Made by a program: the position numbers and the translations under genes. A stretch of DNA of 64,000 nt, from NCBI GenBank assembly GCA_913057895.1, contig CAJXOH010000001.1, positions 110,584-174,583 on the forward strand, in the 5' to 3' direction. Below are positions 54,989 to 63,566 of this stretch, one piece after another. The notes under the pieces were generated by a model. It was given only the letters and a program-made list of their open reading frames with translations. It searched no databases and was not told the DNA's origin. The DNA comes from an uncultured Bacteroidota bacterium (GTDB lineage: Bacteria; Bacteroidota; Rhodothermia; Balneolales; Balneolaceae). How positions within the stretch are numbered: position 1 is the stretch's first letter; each line of letters starts with the position of its first letter.

Positions 54989-56114
54989 TTATGAGTCTGA
55001 GATTGCACTACTAGTTGAAAGCAAAAGTGACTTGATGAACGCATTGAGATCACCATCCATCACACCCTGTACATCCGATGTCTCAGTATTTGTACGATGG
55101 TCTTTGACCATGTTGTATGGATGAAATACGTAAGAACGAATCTGAGATCCCCATTCAATTTTCCCCTTATTGGATTCTAGTTCTGCTTTTGCTCGCTCTT
55201 TGATCTGCTTTTCAAGCTCATAGACGCGAGATTTGAGTAATACCAATGCTTTTTCACGATTTTGGAGCTGAGATCGTTCTTGTTGACATTCAGCAACGAC
55301 ACGTTCCTTCGTCCCATCACTCAGTTCACCTGTCCAAATTAACCGAACACCTGTTTCAACCTTATTAACATTTTGCCCTCCAGCACCACTGGAATGAAAG
55401 CGTTGCAATTCGATATCCGCGTCATTCAGCTCTAATTCAATAGTATCGTCTATCAACGGGGAGACAAACACTGAACAAAATGATGTATGTCGTTTCGCAT
55501 TGCTATCAAAGGGTGAGATTCTGACCAAGCGGTGAACACCACTCTCTGCTTTTAGATATCCATATGCGTTTTGCCCCGTGATTTGTAATGTTGCACTCTT
55601 AATACCCGCAACATCACCATATTGATGCTCTAGTACTTCAACGCTATACCCTTGTTTGTCTGCCCAGCGTTGATACATACGGAAGAGCATTTGTGCCCAA
55701 TCCTGAGATTCAGTACCACCTGCACCCGGTGTGAAATTGACGATTGCATCACGATGGTCATCCTCGTCAGACAACATATTCTTGAGCTCAAGTTCTTCGA
55801 GTGAGCTCAAAAAGGAGACAATCTCTTTGGTTAAATCTTCTTCAACGTCTTCTCCTTCAGACAAAAACTCAAAGAAAAGCTCAATAGACTCTTTTTGCTC
55901 TGAAAGAGAGTCCCACGATTCAATGAGATCCTTTTCTCCGTCTAAGGATCGCATTACTTTTTTAGCCTCAACAGGATCCTGCCAAAACTCTGGGTCTTGC
56001 GTTCGCTCTTCTAATTCTACGATTCGAACTTTTCGCCGATCATAGTCAAAGATACCTCCGAAGGTCATCCAACCTTCCAAAATGAGTCGATAATTTATCT
56101 AGATTATAGTCCAT
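54989..56114 (-). CDS. prfB: peptide chain release factor 2, expressed through a programmed +1 ribosomal frameshift (join 56114..56049, 56047..54989)
   Basis: The frame-0 ORF from ATG 56114 encodes MDYNLDKLSTHFGRLDDLRRYL and ends at TGA (56048-56046). The +1 frame continues DYDRRKVRIVELEERTQDPEFWQ..., with SPF (RISPFDS) and GGQ (SGAGGQNVNKV) motifs. The track ORF start MEGWMTFGGIF is an out-of-frame artefact. Confidence 0.9.
56045..56059 (-). promoter_or_regulatory. prfB +1 frameshift site with internal SD-like element
   Basis: The minus strand reads GGAGG TAT CTT TGA C. This has the same layout as the classical E. coli RF2 site (SD-like, 3-nt spacer, CUU UGA C). Confidence 0.85.
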
Positions 56115-56142
56115 ACCTATTACTAATCAATGGTTTATAAAT

Positions 56143-57951
56143 TTATGCAGCACTATTATTGGCCATCTGAAGTTGTACTAACTTACGATAAATACCATCG
56201 TCATGTTCCAATAGAGATTGGTGTGTACCCTCTTCAACAACTCGACCTTTATGCATCACAAGGATATGATCTGCTTGTTGAATGGTTGAGAGACGGTGTG
56301 CAATCACAATGGATGTTCTATCACGCATCATCTCTTCACAAGCCTTAGTTACTAAAGCTTCACTTTCTGAATCAATGCTTGACGTAGCCTCATCTAATAT
56401 TAAGACAGATGGATTGACAACTTTTGCGCGGATAAAGCAGATAAGCTGTCTCTGACCTAAGGATAGAGATGCACCACGCTCGGCAAGCTTCGTTTGATAT
56501 TTTTGGGGCAATGTATCTATAAACTCATGAGCACCAATCTCTATAGCAGTCTCTTGTACATCCTTCATCGAAATTTTTGGATCACCCAACGTGATGTTCT
56601 CTTCAATCGTGCCACTGAACAAAGCATTGTCTTGCAATACAAGGGAAAATCGTTCTCGTAAGTCATTCAAGGAGAATTCCTGGATATTCACTCCATCTAC
56701 CAAGATTTCCCCTTTTTCAATCTCATAATACCGTAGAATGCAGTTAATCAACGTGGATTTTCCTGCGCCAGTAGCTCCAACCACTGCCAATGTTTCGCCG
56801 GCTTTTGCCTTGAAACTCACATCCTTCAAGATAAAATCACTTTCTTTATTGTAGCGAAACCACACACCGCGAAATTCAATCGTCCCTTTAGGAATCATAG
56901 AATCACTCGAGCTTAGCTGAATCACCTTCGCAGAAGACGTCGCAGGGGCACTAATTTCATTATCTGTATCCATAACCTCAAATAGCCTTTGAGAACTTGC
57001 TAGTGCACTTTGTAGGGCATTCCATTTCTCAGAAATTCCACGAATAGGTTGGAAAAATTGTCTCACGTATTGAATAAAGGCCAAGAGAACACCGAACGTC
57101 ACGCCTCCTAGCAACGCGCGTCCACCGCCGTACCAAACAACAAGTGCCATGGCAACCGATGCTAATACCTCAATAATGGGCCAGAATATTGAGAAATAGA
57201 AGATTGTTTTGTTATGTGCTTTGCGATGATCCTCATTGATTGTATCAAAATCACGCTCAACATCCTTCTCCCTGTTGAATAATTGGACGATTGTAATACC
57301 CTGGATGTGCTCTTGTATGAATGAATTGAGTCTAGCAACCTGATCTCTTACTCCTAGAAATGCAGCTTTCATCTTTCCGTTGAACCAAAATGTTGCATAA
57401 AACAAAACCGGTAGTACTAGGATTGCAATAATGGTTAATTCCCAACTCATCGTGATCATGAAGTATAGAATGAACACAATCCGAAACATATCTCCAATGA
57501 GATTTACCACACCATCAGATAACAGTGATGATAGTGCTTCAATATCACTTGTTGTTCTTGTTATGAGTCGTCCAATGGGGTTTTTATCAAAAAATTGAAC
57601 GTGCAATGACTGGATTTTCTGGAAAACCTCAACCCTGAGTTGGTGTAAAGACATTTGACCAAACCAACGGGTGATGTATGTATTAAAAATCAGAATAAAC
57701 AGTTCGGCACCTAACGTAGCCAGGATGAGTAAAATCATTCGGCTTAAGCCATCCATATCCCCAATAGCGATGTGATCATCTACAGCCAGTTGGGTAAGTT
57801 TTGGACGAAGAGAACCTAGATAGGAAGCTGCTAGAGTCAATACCAATGCCAACAAAACCCAATTCTGATAGGGCTTGATGAACACATAAAGCCTTTTTAA
57901 CAGCTGCTTATTGTCATATTTAGGGTCGTTTTGATCCATCAAATCATACAA
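56143..57951 (-). CDS. ABC exporter half-transporter (TMD-NBD), consensus ATPase site, non-canonical signature
   Basis: 602 aa with six TM helices. Walker A is GATGAGKST, Walker B is LILDEATSSID (catalytic Glu present), the signature is LSLGQRQ (not LSGGQ) and the H-loop is IAHRLS. Confidence 0.9.
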   Translation of the reverse strand: MYDLMDQNDPKYDNKQLLKRLYVFIKPYQNWVLLALVLTLAASYLGSLRPKLTQLAVDDHIAIGDMDGLSRMILLILATLGAELFILIFNTYITRWFGQMSLHQLRVEVFQKIQSLHVQFFDKNPIGRLITRTTSDIEALSSLLSDGVVNLIGDMFRIVFILYFMITMSWELTIIAILVLPVLFYATFWFNGKMKAAFLGVRDQVARLNSFIQEHIQGITIVQLFNREKDVERDFDTINEDHRKAHNKTIFYFSIFWPIIEVLASVAMALVVWYGGGRALLGGVTFGVLLAFIQYVRQFFQPIRGISEKWNALQSALASSQRLFEVMDTDNEISAPATSSAKVIQLSSSDSMIPKGTIEFRGVWFRYNKESDFILKDVSFKAKAGETLAVVGATGAGKSTLINCILRYYEIEKGEILVDGVNIQEFSLNDLRERFSLVLQDNALFSGTIEENITLGDPKISMKDVQETAIEIGAHEFIDTLPQKYQTKLAERGASLSLGQRQLICFIRAKVVNPSVLILDEATSSIDSESEALVTKACEEMMRDRTSIVIAHRLSTIQQADHILVMHKGRVVEEGTHQSLLEHDDGIYRKLVQLQMANNSAA

Positions 57952-57959
57952 TAGTTGAC

Positions 57960-59189
57960 TTAGAATCGGTCGTAATCATCATATCTAGGCCTTGGGGTTA
58001 TCGGCTTGTGTTCACGGGATCCTGATTCTCGATCTCGATCATACGAGCCACTACGTGTAGAGCGCCCATCATCTCTTTTCGTTCTATCATACTCCCCTCT
58101 CGACTTGTAGCCTCCTCCATCTCGTCGATGTCCACGGTCTGAACTCATCCGTTTTTTGCGAGGTCGGAAGTTACCTTTTCCCCTATTTCCACCTTTATAG
58201 GTTGATTTCTTGTCATCCTTCTCACTTAACTCTTTGAGCATCACTTTGGCTTGAACAATTCCCTTTTCATGGGCAGGGTCGGTATAAATAGGTCGTAGTT
58301 CTGTTGCTAACCACGTTGGGAAGAACTTCTCACGAGCTTCTTTTAAAAGGATGAATGGGTTCGTGTACCTAGCGGAAAAATGTCCAATTACCAGTAGTTT
58401 TGCCTGTGCCTCCGTAGCCACTCTAGCAGCATCCGATGCTGTAGAATGACCATTCATACTGGCCTTGTCTTCTAAATTCTCACCAAATGTAGCTTCATGG
58501 TATAGAATATTAGCGTTTGTGGCTAGTTTAACAGCCTCAGGACAGTATTCCGTGTCTGTGATGTAAGCGAATGAATCACCAGGTCTTGGATGACCTACTA
58601 TATCACTAGGTTGGACAGTCGTTCCGTCAGAAAGTGTTAGAGAGTCTCCAGCTTTGAGTGCTTTAAATTGTTCATCTTCTGTGATGCCAAGTTCGGAAGC
58701 TTTGTCTGCATCTACCTTTCCTGGCTTATCTTTCTCTTCGAATCGATACCCAATACAGAAAATGGAATGCTTTAGTGGTCTGGCTTCAACTCTGTACTCT
58801 TCTTCATCGACAACAACGGCATGATCAAATCCCTCCTCTAGCTCAATAAAATCAAGCTCATAGCCTACATCAAGCTTTGAAAATTGTATATGCCAATCGA
58901 TGTACTCTTTTAACCCTTTTGGTCCAACAAATCGCAAAGATTTTTCTCTACGCTGTAGTTGAAAAGTAGCAAGCAATCCCACCAGTCCAGAGATATGATC
59001 AATATCGAGGTGAGAGATAAAAATCGTATCTATTTTGGATCGTTTTAATCCTGCTTGTAAAAGCCTCATTTGGGCATTTTCACCAGCATCAAATAAAAAT
59101 ATACTGCCCTCTCTCCATAATGCTACTGAGGGTAGGTGTCTTGTAATAGTAGGTGTCGCCGAGGCAATTCCTAAGGGTACAACAATCAT
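57960..59189 (-). CDS. rnz: ribonuclease Z (MBL fold) with variant metal motif and a C-terminal Arg/Gly/Asp/Ser-rich tail of about 90 aa
   Basis: 409 aa. RNase Z pattern: LGIASATPTITRHLPSVAL, FLFDAGENAQ, FISHLDIDHISGL (H-x-D-x-D-H rather than H-x-H-x-D-H), YITDTEY, LYHEATF, GHSTASDAA, IGHFSARY. Tail: KGGNRGKGNFRPRKKR...RDGGGYKSRGEYDRTKRDDGRSTRSGSYDRDRESGSRE...RYDDYDRF. Confidence 0.85.
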   Translation of the reverse strand: MIVVPLGIASATPTITRHLPSVALWREGSIFLFDAGENAQMRLLQAGLKRSKIDTIFISHLDIDHISGLVGLLATFQLQRREKSLRFVGPKGLKEYIDWHIQFSKLDVGYELDFIELEEGFDHAVVVDEEEYRVEARPLKHSIFCIGYRFEEKDKPGKVDADKASELGITEDEQFKALKAGDSLTLSDGTTVQPSDIVGHPRPGDSFAYITDTEYCPEAVKLATNANILYHEATFGENLEDKASMNGHSTASDAARVATEAQAKLLVIGHFSARYTNPFILLKEAREKFFPTWLATELRPIYTDPAHEKGIVQAKVMLKELSEKDDKKSTYKGGNRGKGNFRPRKKRMSSDRGHRRDGGGYKSRGEYDRTKRDDGRSTRSGSYDRDRESGSREHKPITPRPRYDDYDRF

Positions 59190-59251
59190 GGTTTCTCCTG
59201 ATTTAAGTGAACATTTTCGCGTTCAACGAAGGGATGTTCTTATGGTCTTGT

Positions 59252-61057
59252 TTATGATAATTCGACTAGATCTTCCTCTAATTTCTGTGCTTCTGACATT
59301 TTATAATAAACCCCTTTTTGATCAAGCAGTTCCTGATGGGTTCCCTCTTCCACCAAACGGCCTTTATCAAGTACATAGATCCGATCAGAGTTTTGTACCG
59401 AGGAAATTCTATGTGAAATCGTAAGGACAGTTTTGTCTTGTAGTTCCGACTGTAAAGTATGAAGAATTTGGTGTTCTGTCTTTGTATCCACGGCACTTAA
59501 TGAATCATCAAGAATAATCATGGGTGGATTCTTAATTAAGGCTCTTGCAATCGCAGTACGTTGCTTTTGTCCTCCAGATAGTGTGATACCCCTCTCGCCA
59601 ACCATTGTATCAAACTGTTTTTCAAAGGATTGAATATTCTCAAGAACCTCCGCTTGATCAGCTGCCTGTTCAATCGAGGTAAGTGTAGGTGATGACACAC
59701 CAAATCCTATATTTTCTCCAATCGTTGTGGAGAATAAAAATGACTCCTGAGGAACATACCCAATCCAGCGACGTAGTTGATGGACATTTAATTCTTTAAT
59801 AGGAGTTCCATTAATTTGGATGGAGCCAGTAGATGGATCAAAAATACCAGGTATGAGTTGTGCCAGTGTAGATTTGCCGCTTCCTGTTCTACCCACAATT
59901 GCACACTTGGATCCAGCTGGAATCTCTAGCGTAATCCCTTCGAGAACTACTTGTTCTGTGTTTGGATACTTAAACGATACATCCTTAAACGAAACAGACA
60001 GAGACGGTGGAATGGAAGGTTCTAAGTCCGCTATATCCATAACAGGATCTGTTTCTTCAGGTTCAGCCATAAATTGTTTAAGCCTTTCCCATGAAGCCAT
60101 GGATTTCTGATAAAGGTTCAATGTGTACCCCAATGAAGCAACAGGCCATGTCAGATAGGCCACATATATGACAAACTCAGCAATATTCCCGACAGTTACC
60201 ATGCCGTCCATAGCCATTTGTCCACCTTTCCAGACCACAAACATTACAGCAAGTCCAATCAAGAAATTGATTGACGGATGAAAAATGGACTCTACAAGAT
60301 CGAGCGATAATTTGCGCTTGCGATAATCCTCGCTTGAGGCCGTGAACTTACTTGCTTCATACTCTTCTCTCTGAAATGCCTTGATGAGACGAATGCTACT
60401 AAACGCTTCTTGTGCTCGTCCTGCCAACACAGAATACTGCTCCTGAATCGCTGTCTGGTATTTGTGAATATATCGGCTAATCCAATAGACACAAACCGCC
60501 ATGATCGGTAAGGGTATTAAAGACCATTGGGTGAGCGTGGGATTCACTGAGATCATCATGGTGATCACAAAGGTAGCACGAGTCAATGTATTGACAGTGT
60601 ACATAAAGACCGGACCGTAATAGTCTCTTACACGTGATATATCTTCCGTTGCTCGAACATAGGTGTCACCAGAGGGTGTTTTCGTAAAATAGTCTTGAGA
60701 GAGTCGAACCAACTTTTGGACAAAGTGTGTTCGCATGTCAAATTCAACTTTCCTTGAGCTGATGATGATTGTTTGACGTGTTGCAAACAAAAAGAAGCCG
60801 TAAAGCATCACACTTCCTAGTAGAAAACCAGCGTTGGTAGCTAGTATTCGTCCTGCTTCTGAATTGAACAGAACGTCCATCATATTCGTTGGCAGATCAC
60901 CCTGCATCTGTTGCAGAGCCCCTATTTCATCCATCATTTGACGAATGTATCTAGGGATCCAGATCAGAAATAGATTGGCTAACGTGAGAAATAGTGTCCC
61001 AATTAGATAGGATGCCCAATATGGCTTGTAATAACTATTTAAGGATCTTGATTGCAA
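59252..61057 (-). CDS. ABC exporter half-transporter (TMD-NBD), degenerate Walker B, canonical signature
   Basis: 601 aa with a TTG start. Walker A is GRTGSGKST, Walker B is IILDDSLSAVD (Asp replaces the catalytic Glu), the signature is LSGGQKQR and the H-loop is ISHRIS. Confidence 0.9.
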   Translation of the reverse strand: MQSRSLNSYYKPYWASYLIGTLFLTLANLFLIWIPRYIRQMMDEIGALQQMQGDLPTNMMDVLFNSEAGRILATNAGFLLGSVMLYGFFLFATRQTIIISSRKVEFDMRTHFVQKLVRLSQDYFTKTPSGDTYVRATEDISRVRDYYGPVFMYTVNTLTRATFVITMMISVNPTLTQWSLIPLPIMAVCVYWISRYIHKYQTAIQEQYSVLAGRAQEAFSSIRLIKAFQREEYEASKFTASSEDYRKRKLSLDLVESIFHPSINFLIGLAVMFVVWKGGQMAMDGMVTVGNIAEFVIYVAYLTWPVASLGYTLNLYQKSMASWERLKQFMAEPEETDPVMDIADLEPSIPPSLSVSFKDVSFKYPNTEQVVLEGITLEIPAGSKCAIVGRTGSGKSTLAQLIPGIFDPSTGSIQINGTPIKELNVHQLRRWIGYVPQESFLFSTTIGENIGFGVSSPTLTSIEQAADQAEVLENIQSFEKQFDTMVGERGITLSGGQKQRTAIARALIKNPPMIILDDSLSAVDTKTEHQILHTLQSELQDKTVLTISHRISSVQNSDRIYVLDKGRLVEEGTHQELLDQKGVYYKMSEAQKLEEDLVELS

Positions 61058-61092
61058 CTAATTGGGTTTGAGTGACCTGCTAGATTTTCTTG

Positions 61093-62172
61093 TTAGTTAA
61101 ATAACTCATCTTTTGCGCAAGCAATTCCAGATAAATATGCATCTTCGATAGATGAACCTTGAAAGTAATCCCCTATGACAGCGAGTGGAGCTTCCTTTCG
61201 CCCATTGGTTATATGTGATTGCGGAAGTGGATTTTCACACTCAGCATAACGCCATCCATGAGATTGAGACCAACTAGGGTGCTGAATCCAATCTCCAAGT
61301 ACTTTAGCAGCATCAGCCAATAATTCACTCTCAAGTTGAGGCCAATCTTTGTCACGGTTTTGAGAATTGACAGCTTTTTGAGCGGCGCGATGCGTTGAAT
61401 GGAGAACATATCTACGAAGTGTAGACTCATTCTCATCAGACATGCCTTCATGTTTGCTACTTTCGTGAGAAATCATCTGTACTCTTGGTCCATCCACAAA
61501 TAATGTAGTCCATGGCACATGCTTATTCGGGTCAACGAGTGCCATTACGGTGAAGGTTGGAAGATATCGTACGACATCAATCTCTCGTATAATTTTATAA
61601 GTATCTACCTCATCATGACATGTGTTTAAGATGCCATATGCCTGTGGAGCAGGTGTCGCAACGATCACTGCATCCGCTTCTACCATATTGCTATCCCGGA
61701 AATTGAGTAACCATGGCTTCTTTTTACCATGACCAGCGCCGTAGTATGTGAGACCAGAAACGTGAGCATGTACATGCACATGCACAACTCGAGACATCTC
61801 CTTTGCCAATAGATTCATTCCATTGGAGGAAGTAAACCATGATTTTGTAGGTTTTTCAGAGGATGAAATGGTCTCTAAGAAAGGGACCATTTGACCTTCA
61901 GATCCAAGTCTGAAAGCCTGATCGCCCCAAGACTTAATCAATCCTTTGGAAAGCCATCGATCCACTTGGAGAGAGAACTCTTCTGAATCTGCAGAAAAGA
62001 ATCCTATGCCATGGTCAAATTTATACTCTCCCGAGGAGTCTGAGTAGCGAGTGGCCATTCTGCCACCCACTCCACGACTTTTTTCATATACATGGACTTC
62101 ATGCCCATTTTTGGCTAATGCCTGTCCAGCAGAAAGGCCAGCTATTCCAGCACCTATTATCGCAATTTTCAT
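61093..62172 (-). CDS. NAD(P)/FAD-dependent oxidoreductase (amine-oxidase/renalase-like)
   Basis: 359 aa with the dinucleotide-binding N-terminus KIAIIGAGIAGLSAG...VYEKSRGVGGR. It contains a VHVHVHAHV run. Confidence 0.75.
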   Translation of the reverse strand: MKIAIIGAGIAGLSAGQALAKNGHEVHVYEKSRGVGGRMATRYSDSSGEYKFDHGIGFFSADSEEFSLQVDRWLSKGLIKSWGDQAFRLGSEGQMVPFLETISSSEKPTKSWFTSSNGMNLLAKEMSRVVHVHVHAHVSGLTYYGAGHGKKKPWLLNFRDSNMVEADAVIVATPAPQAYGILNTCHDEVDTYKIIREIDVVRYLPTFTVMALVDPNKHVPWTTLFVDGPRVQMISHESSKHEGMSDENESTLRRYVLHSTHRAAQKAVNSQNRDKDWPQLESELLADAAKVLGDWIQHPSWSQSHGWRYAECENPLPQSHITNGRKEAPLAVIGDYFQGSSIEDAYLSGIACAKDELFN

Positions 62173-62210
62173 CGCCCAAATGTAACATTGCTATGGACGA
62201 TAGTAAAGAT

Positions 62211-63545
62211 TTAGTTTGTTGCGTCTCGGTTCAAAAACTCTTCATTGAGTTGAGTATGCCTGCTCACCATTGGAATTCGATAACCTCTGATAAATACATC
62301 CTTAATGGTAGATGTCGTCTCGAATGGATCTCCATCCACAAGAAACAGATTCGCATGTTTACCAACCTCAATAGAACCTAGTTTGTCAGCAACACCCCAC
62401 ATCTCTGCTGGGTTAATCGTCACAGCTTTTAACGCCTCCTCAACGCCCATACCATACGTTGCTGCATATCCAGCATGGAATGGTAGATTTCGAACATTTT
62501 CGGTATTAAACGTAGATAGTGATACATGTACCCCTGCATTAGCCATGAGCCCTGCATTTTGATAGGGACGAGCATAATGGTCTGAGGGTCTAGATGTCGT
62601 AACAAGAGCTGTTGCAATGACTGGAATTTCAGCTTCAGCTAATTGCTCAGCAACCCTCCACCCTTCAGACACCCCCGAGAATACAAATGAAAGATCATCT
62701 TGATCTTTTGCCCACTCAAGAGCAGCTAGGATGTCTTTTTCGCGATTAACTCTAACAACAAGTCGTGCTTCCTGCGTGAATAGGTGTCGCATAGCATCCA
62801 TTTTTGCATTCACATCTGGCTGGGCATCCAGATCACCTGATTCAATCGCTTCCCACATTGCGTGATAGGCTCGAGCATCATTGAAGAGTTCATTGATTTG
62901 ATCAAGGGCTTCCTTATAATCTTTCTCAATGTCACTTTCTGATCGGCTATCCCACCAGCCACGTTTACCTGAAGAGGGCCAATTGATGTAGATTCCTGCG
63001 CGTTGGTCAATAGACATAGCTTCGGGTGTATATCCATACAGATCAATCAAAGAGCCTGTTCCAGAAACTAAGCCACTCACTGGAGAGGCAACGACGTTTG
63101 TCACGCCGTCCACCCTTGTGACTGGAATGCTGACCGATCCAGGATTTACAGCCGTTTGTGCAATCATTTCAGGATTGACAGACCCAACTTCAGCCGCATC
63201 AACCGTCACTGCTACTGCTCCAATTTCATTAAGACCTAACTGTGTTTCAGAATCAATAAAGCCAGGATAGAGTCGATATCCTGATCCATCTATACGCTTT
63301 ACCTCCCCTGTTAAATCAGGTTTTACATTGGAGCCAACATAATCAATGGTTCCATCCTTTATAACGACGACTCCACCCTTTATAACGTCTGCGGTTACTG
63401 GGTAGATATCTACATTTTCAATGATAAATGTGCCATACTCTGGCTTTTCAACAATTTGTGCTTGAAGGTTGGTGAATCCAAACAGGAGGGTCAACACAAC
63501 CATCCATCCGCAAAATTGAAACCTACTTTGTTTCTTACGATTCAT
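62211..63545 (-). CDS. secreted amidohydrolase-family protein lacking the HxH metal motif
   Basis: 444 aa with a signal peptide (LLFGFTNLQAQ). The fold markers are PGFIDSETQLGL, where active members have PG(F/L)ID.H.H, and the C-terminal GSIEVGKHANLFLVDGDP. Confidence 0.7.
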   Translation of the reverse strand: MNRKKQSRFQFCGWMVVLTLLFGFTNLQAQIVEKPEYGTFIIENVDIYPVTADVIKGGVVVIKDGTIDYVGSNVKPDLTGEVKRIDGSGYRLYPGFIDSETQLGLNEIGAVAVTVDAAEVGSVNPEMIAQTAVNPGSVSIPVTRVDGVTNVVASPVSGLVSGTGSLIDLYGYTPEAMSIDQRAGIYINWPSSGKRGWWDSRSESDIEKDYKEALDQINELFNDARAYHAMWEAIESGDLDAQPDVNAKMDAMRHLFTQEARLVVRVNREKDILAALEWAKDQDDLSFVFSGVSEGWRVAEQLAEAEIPVIATALVTTSRPSDHYARPYQNAGLMANAGVHVSLSTFNTENVRNLPFHAGYAATYGMGVEEALKAVTINPAEMWGVADKLGSIEVGKHANLFLVDGDPFETTSTIKDVFIRGYRIPMVSRHTQLNEEFLNRDATN

Positions 63546-63566
63546 GCTTTTTCCTCGAATGTGAGA

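Noticed and set aside
56048-56080. The track start of prfB (MEGWMTFGGIF...).
   Set aside because: This is the +1 frame read upstream of the frameshift site. The genuine N-terminus is in frame 0 from 56114.
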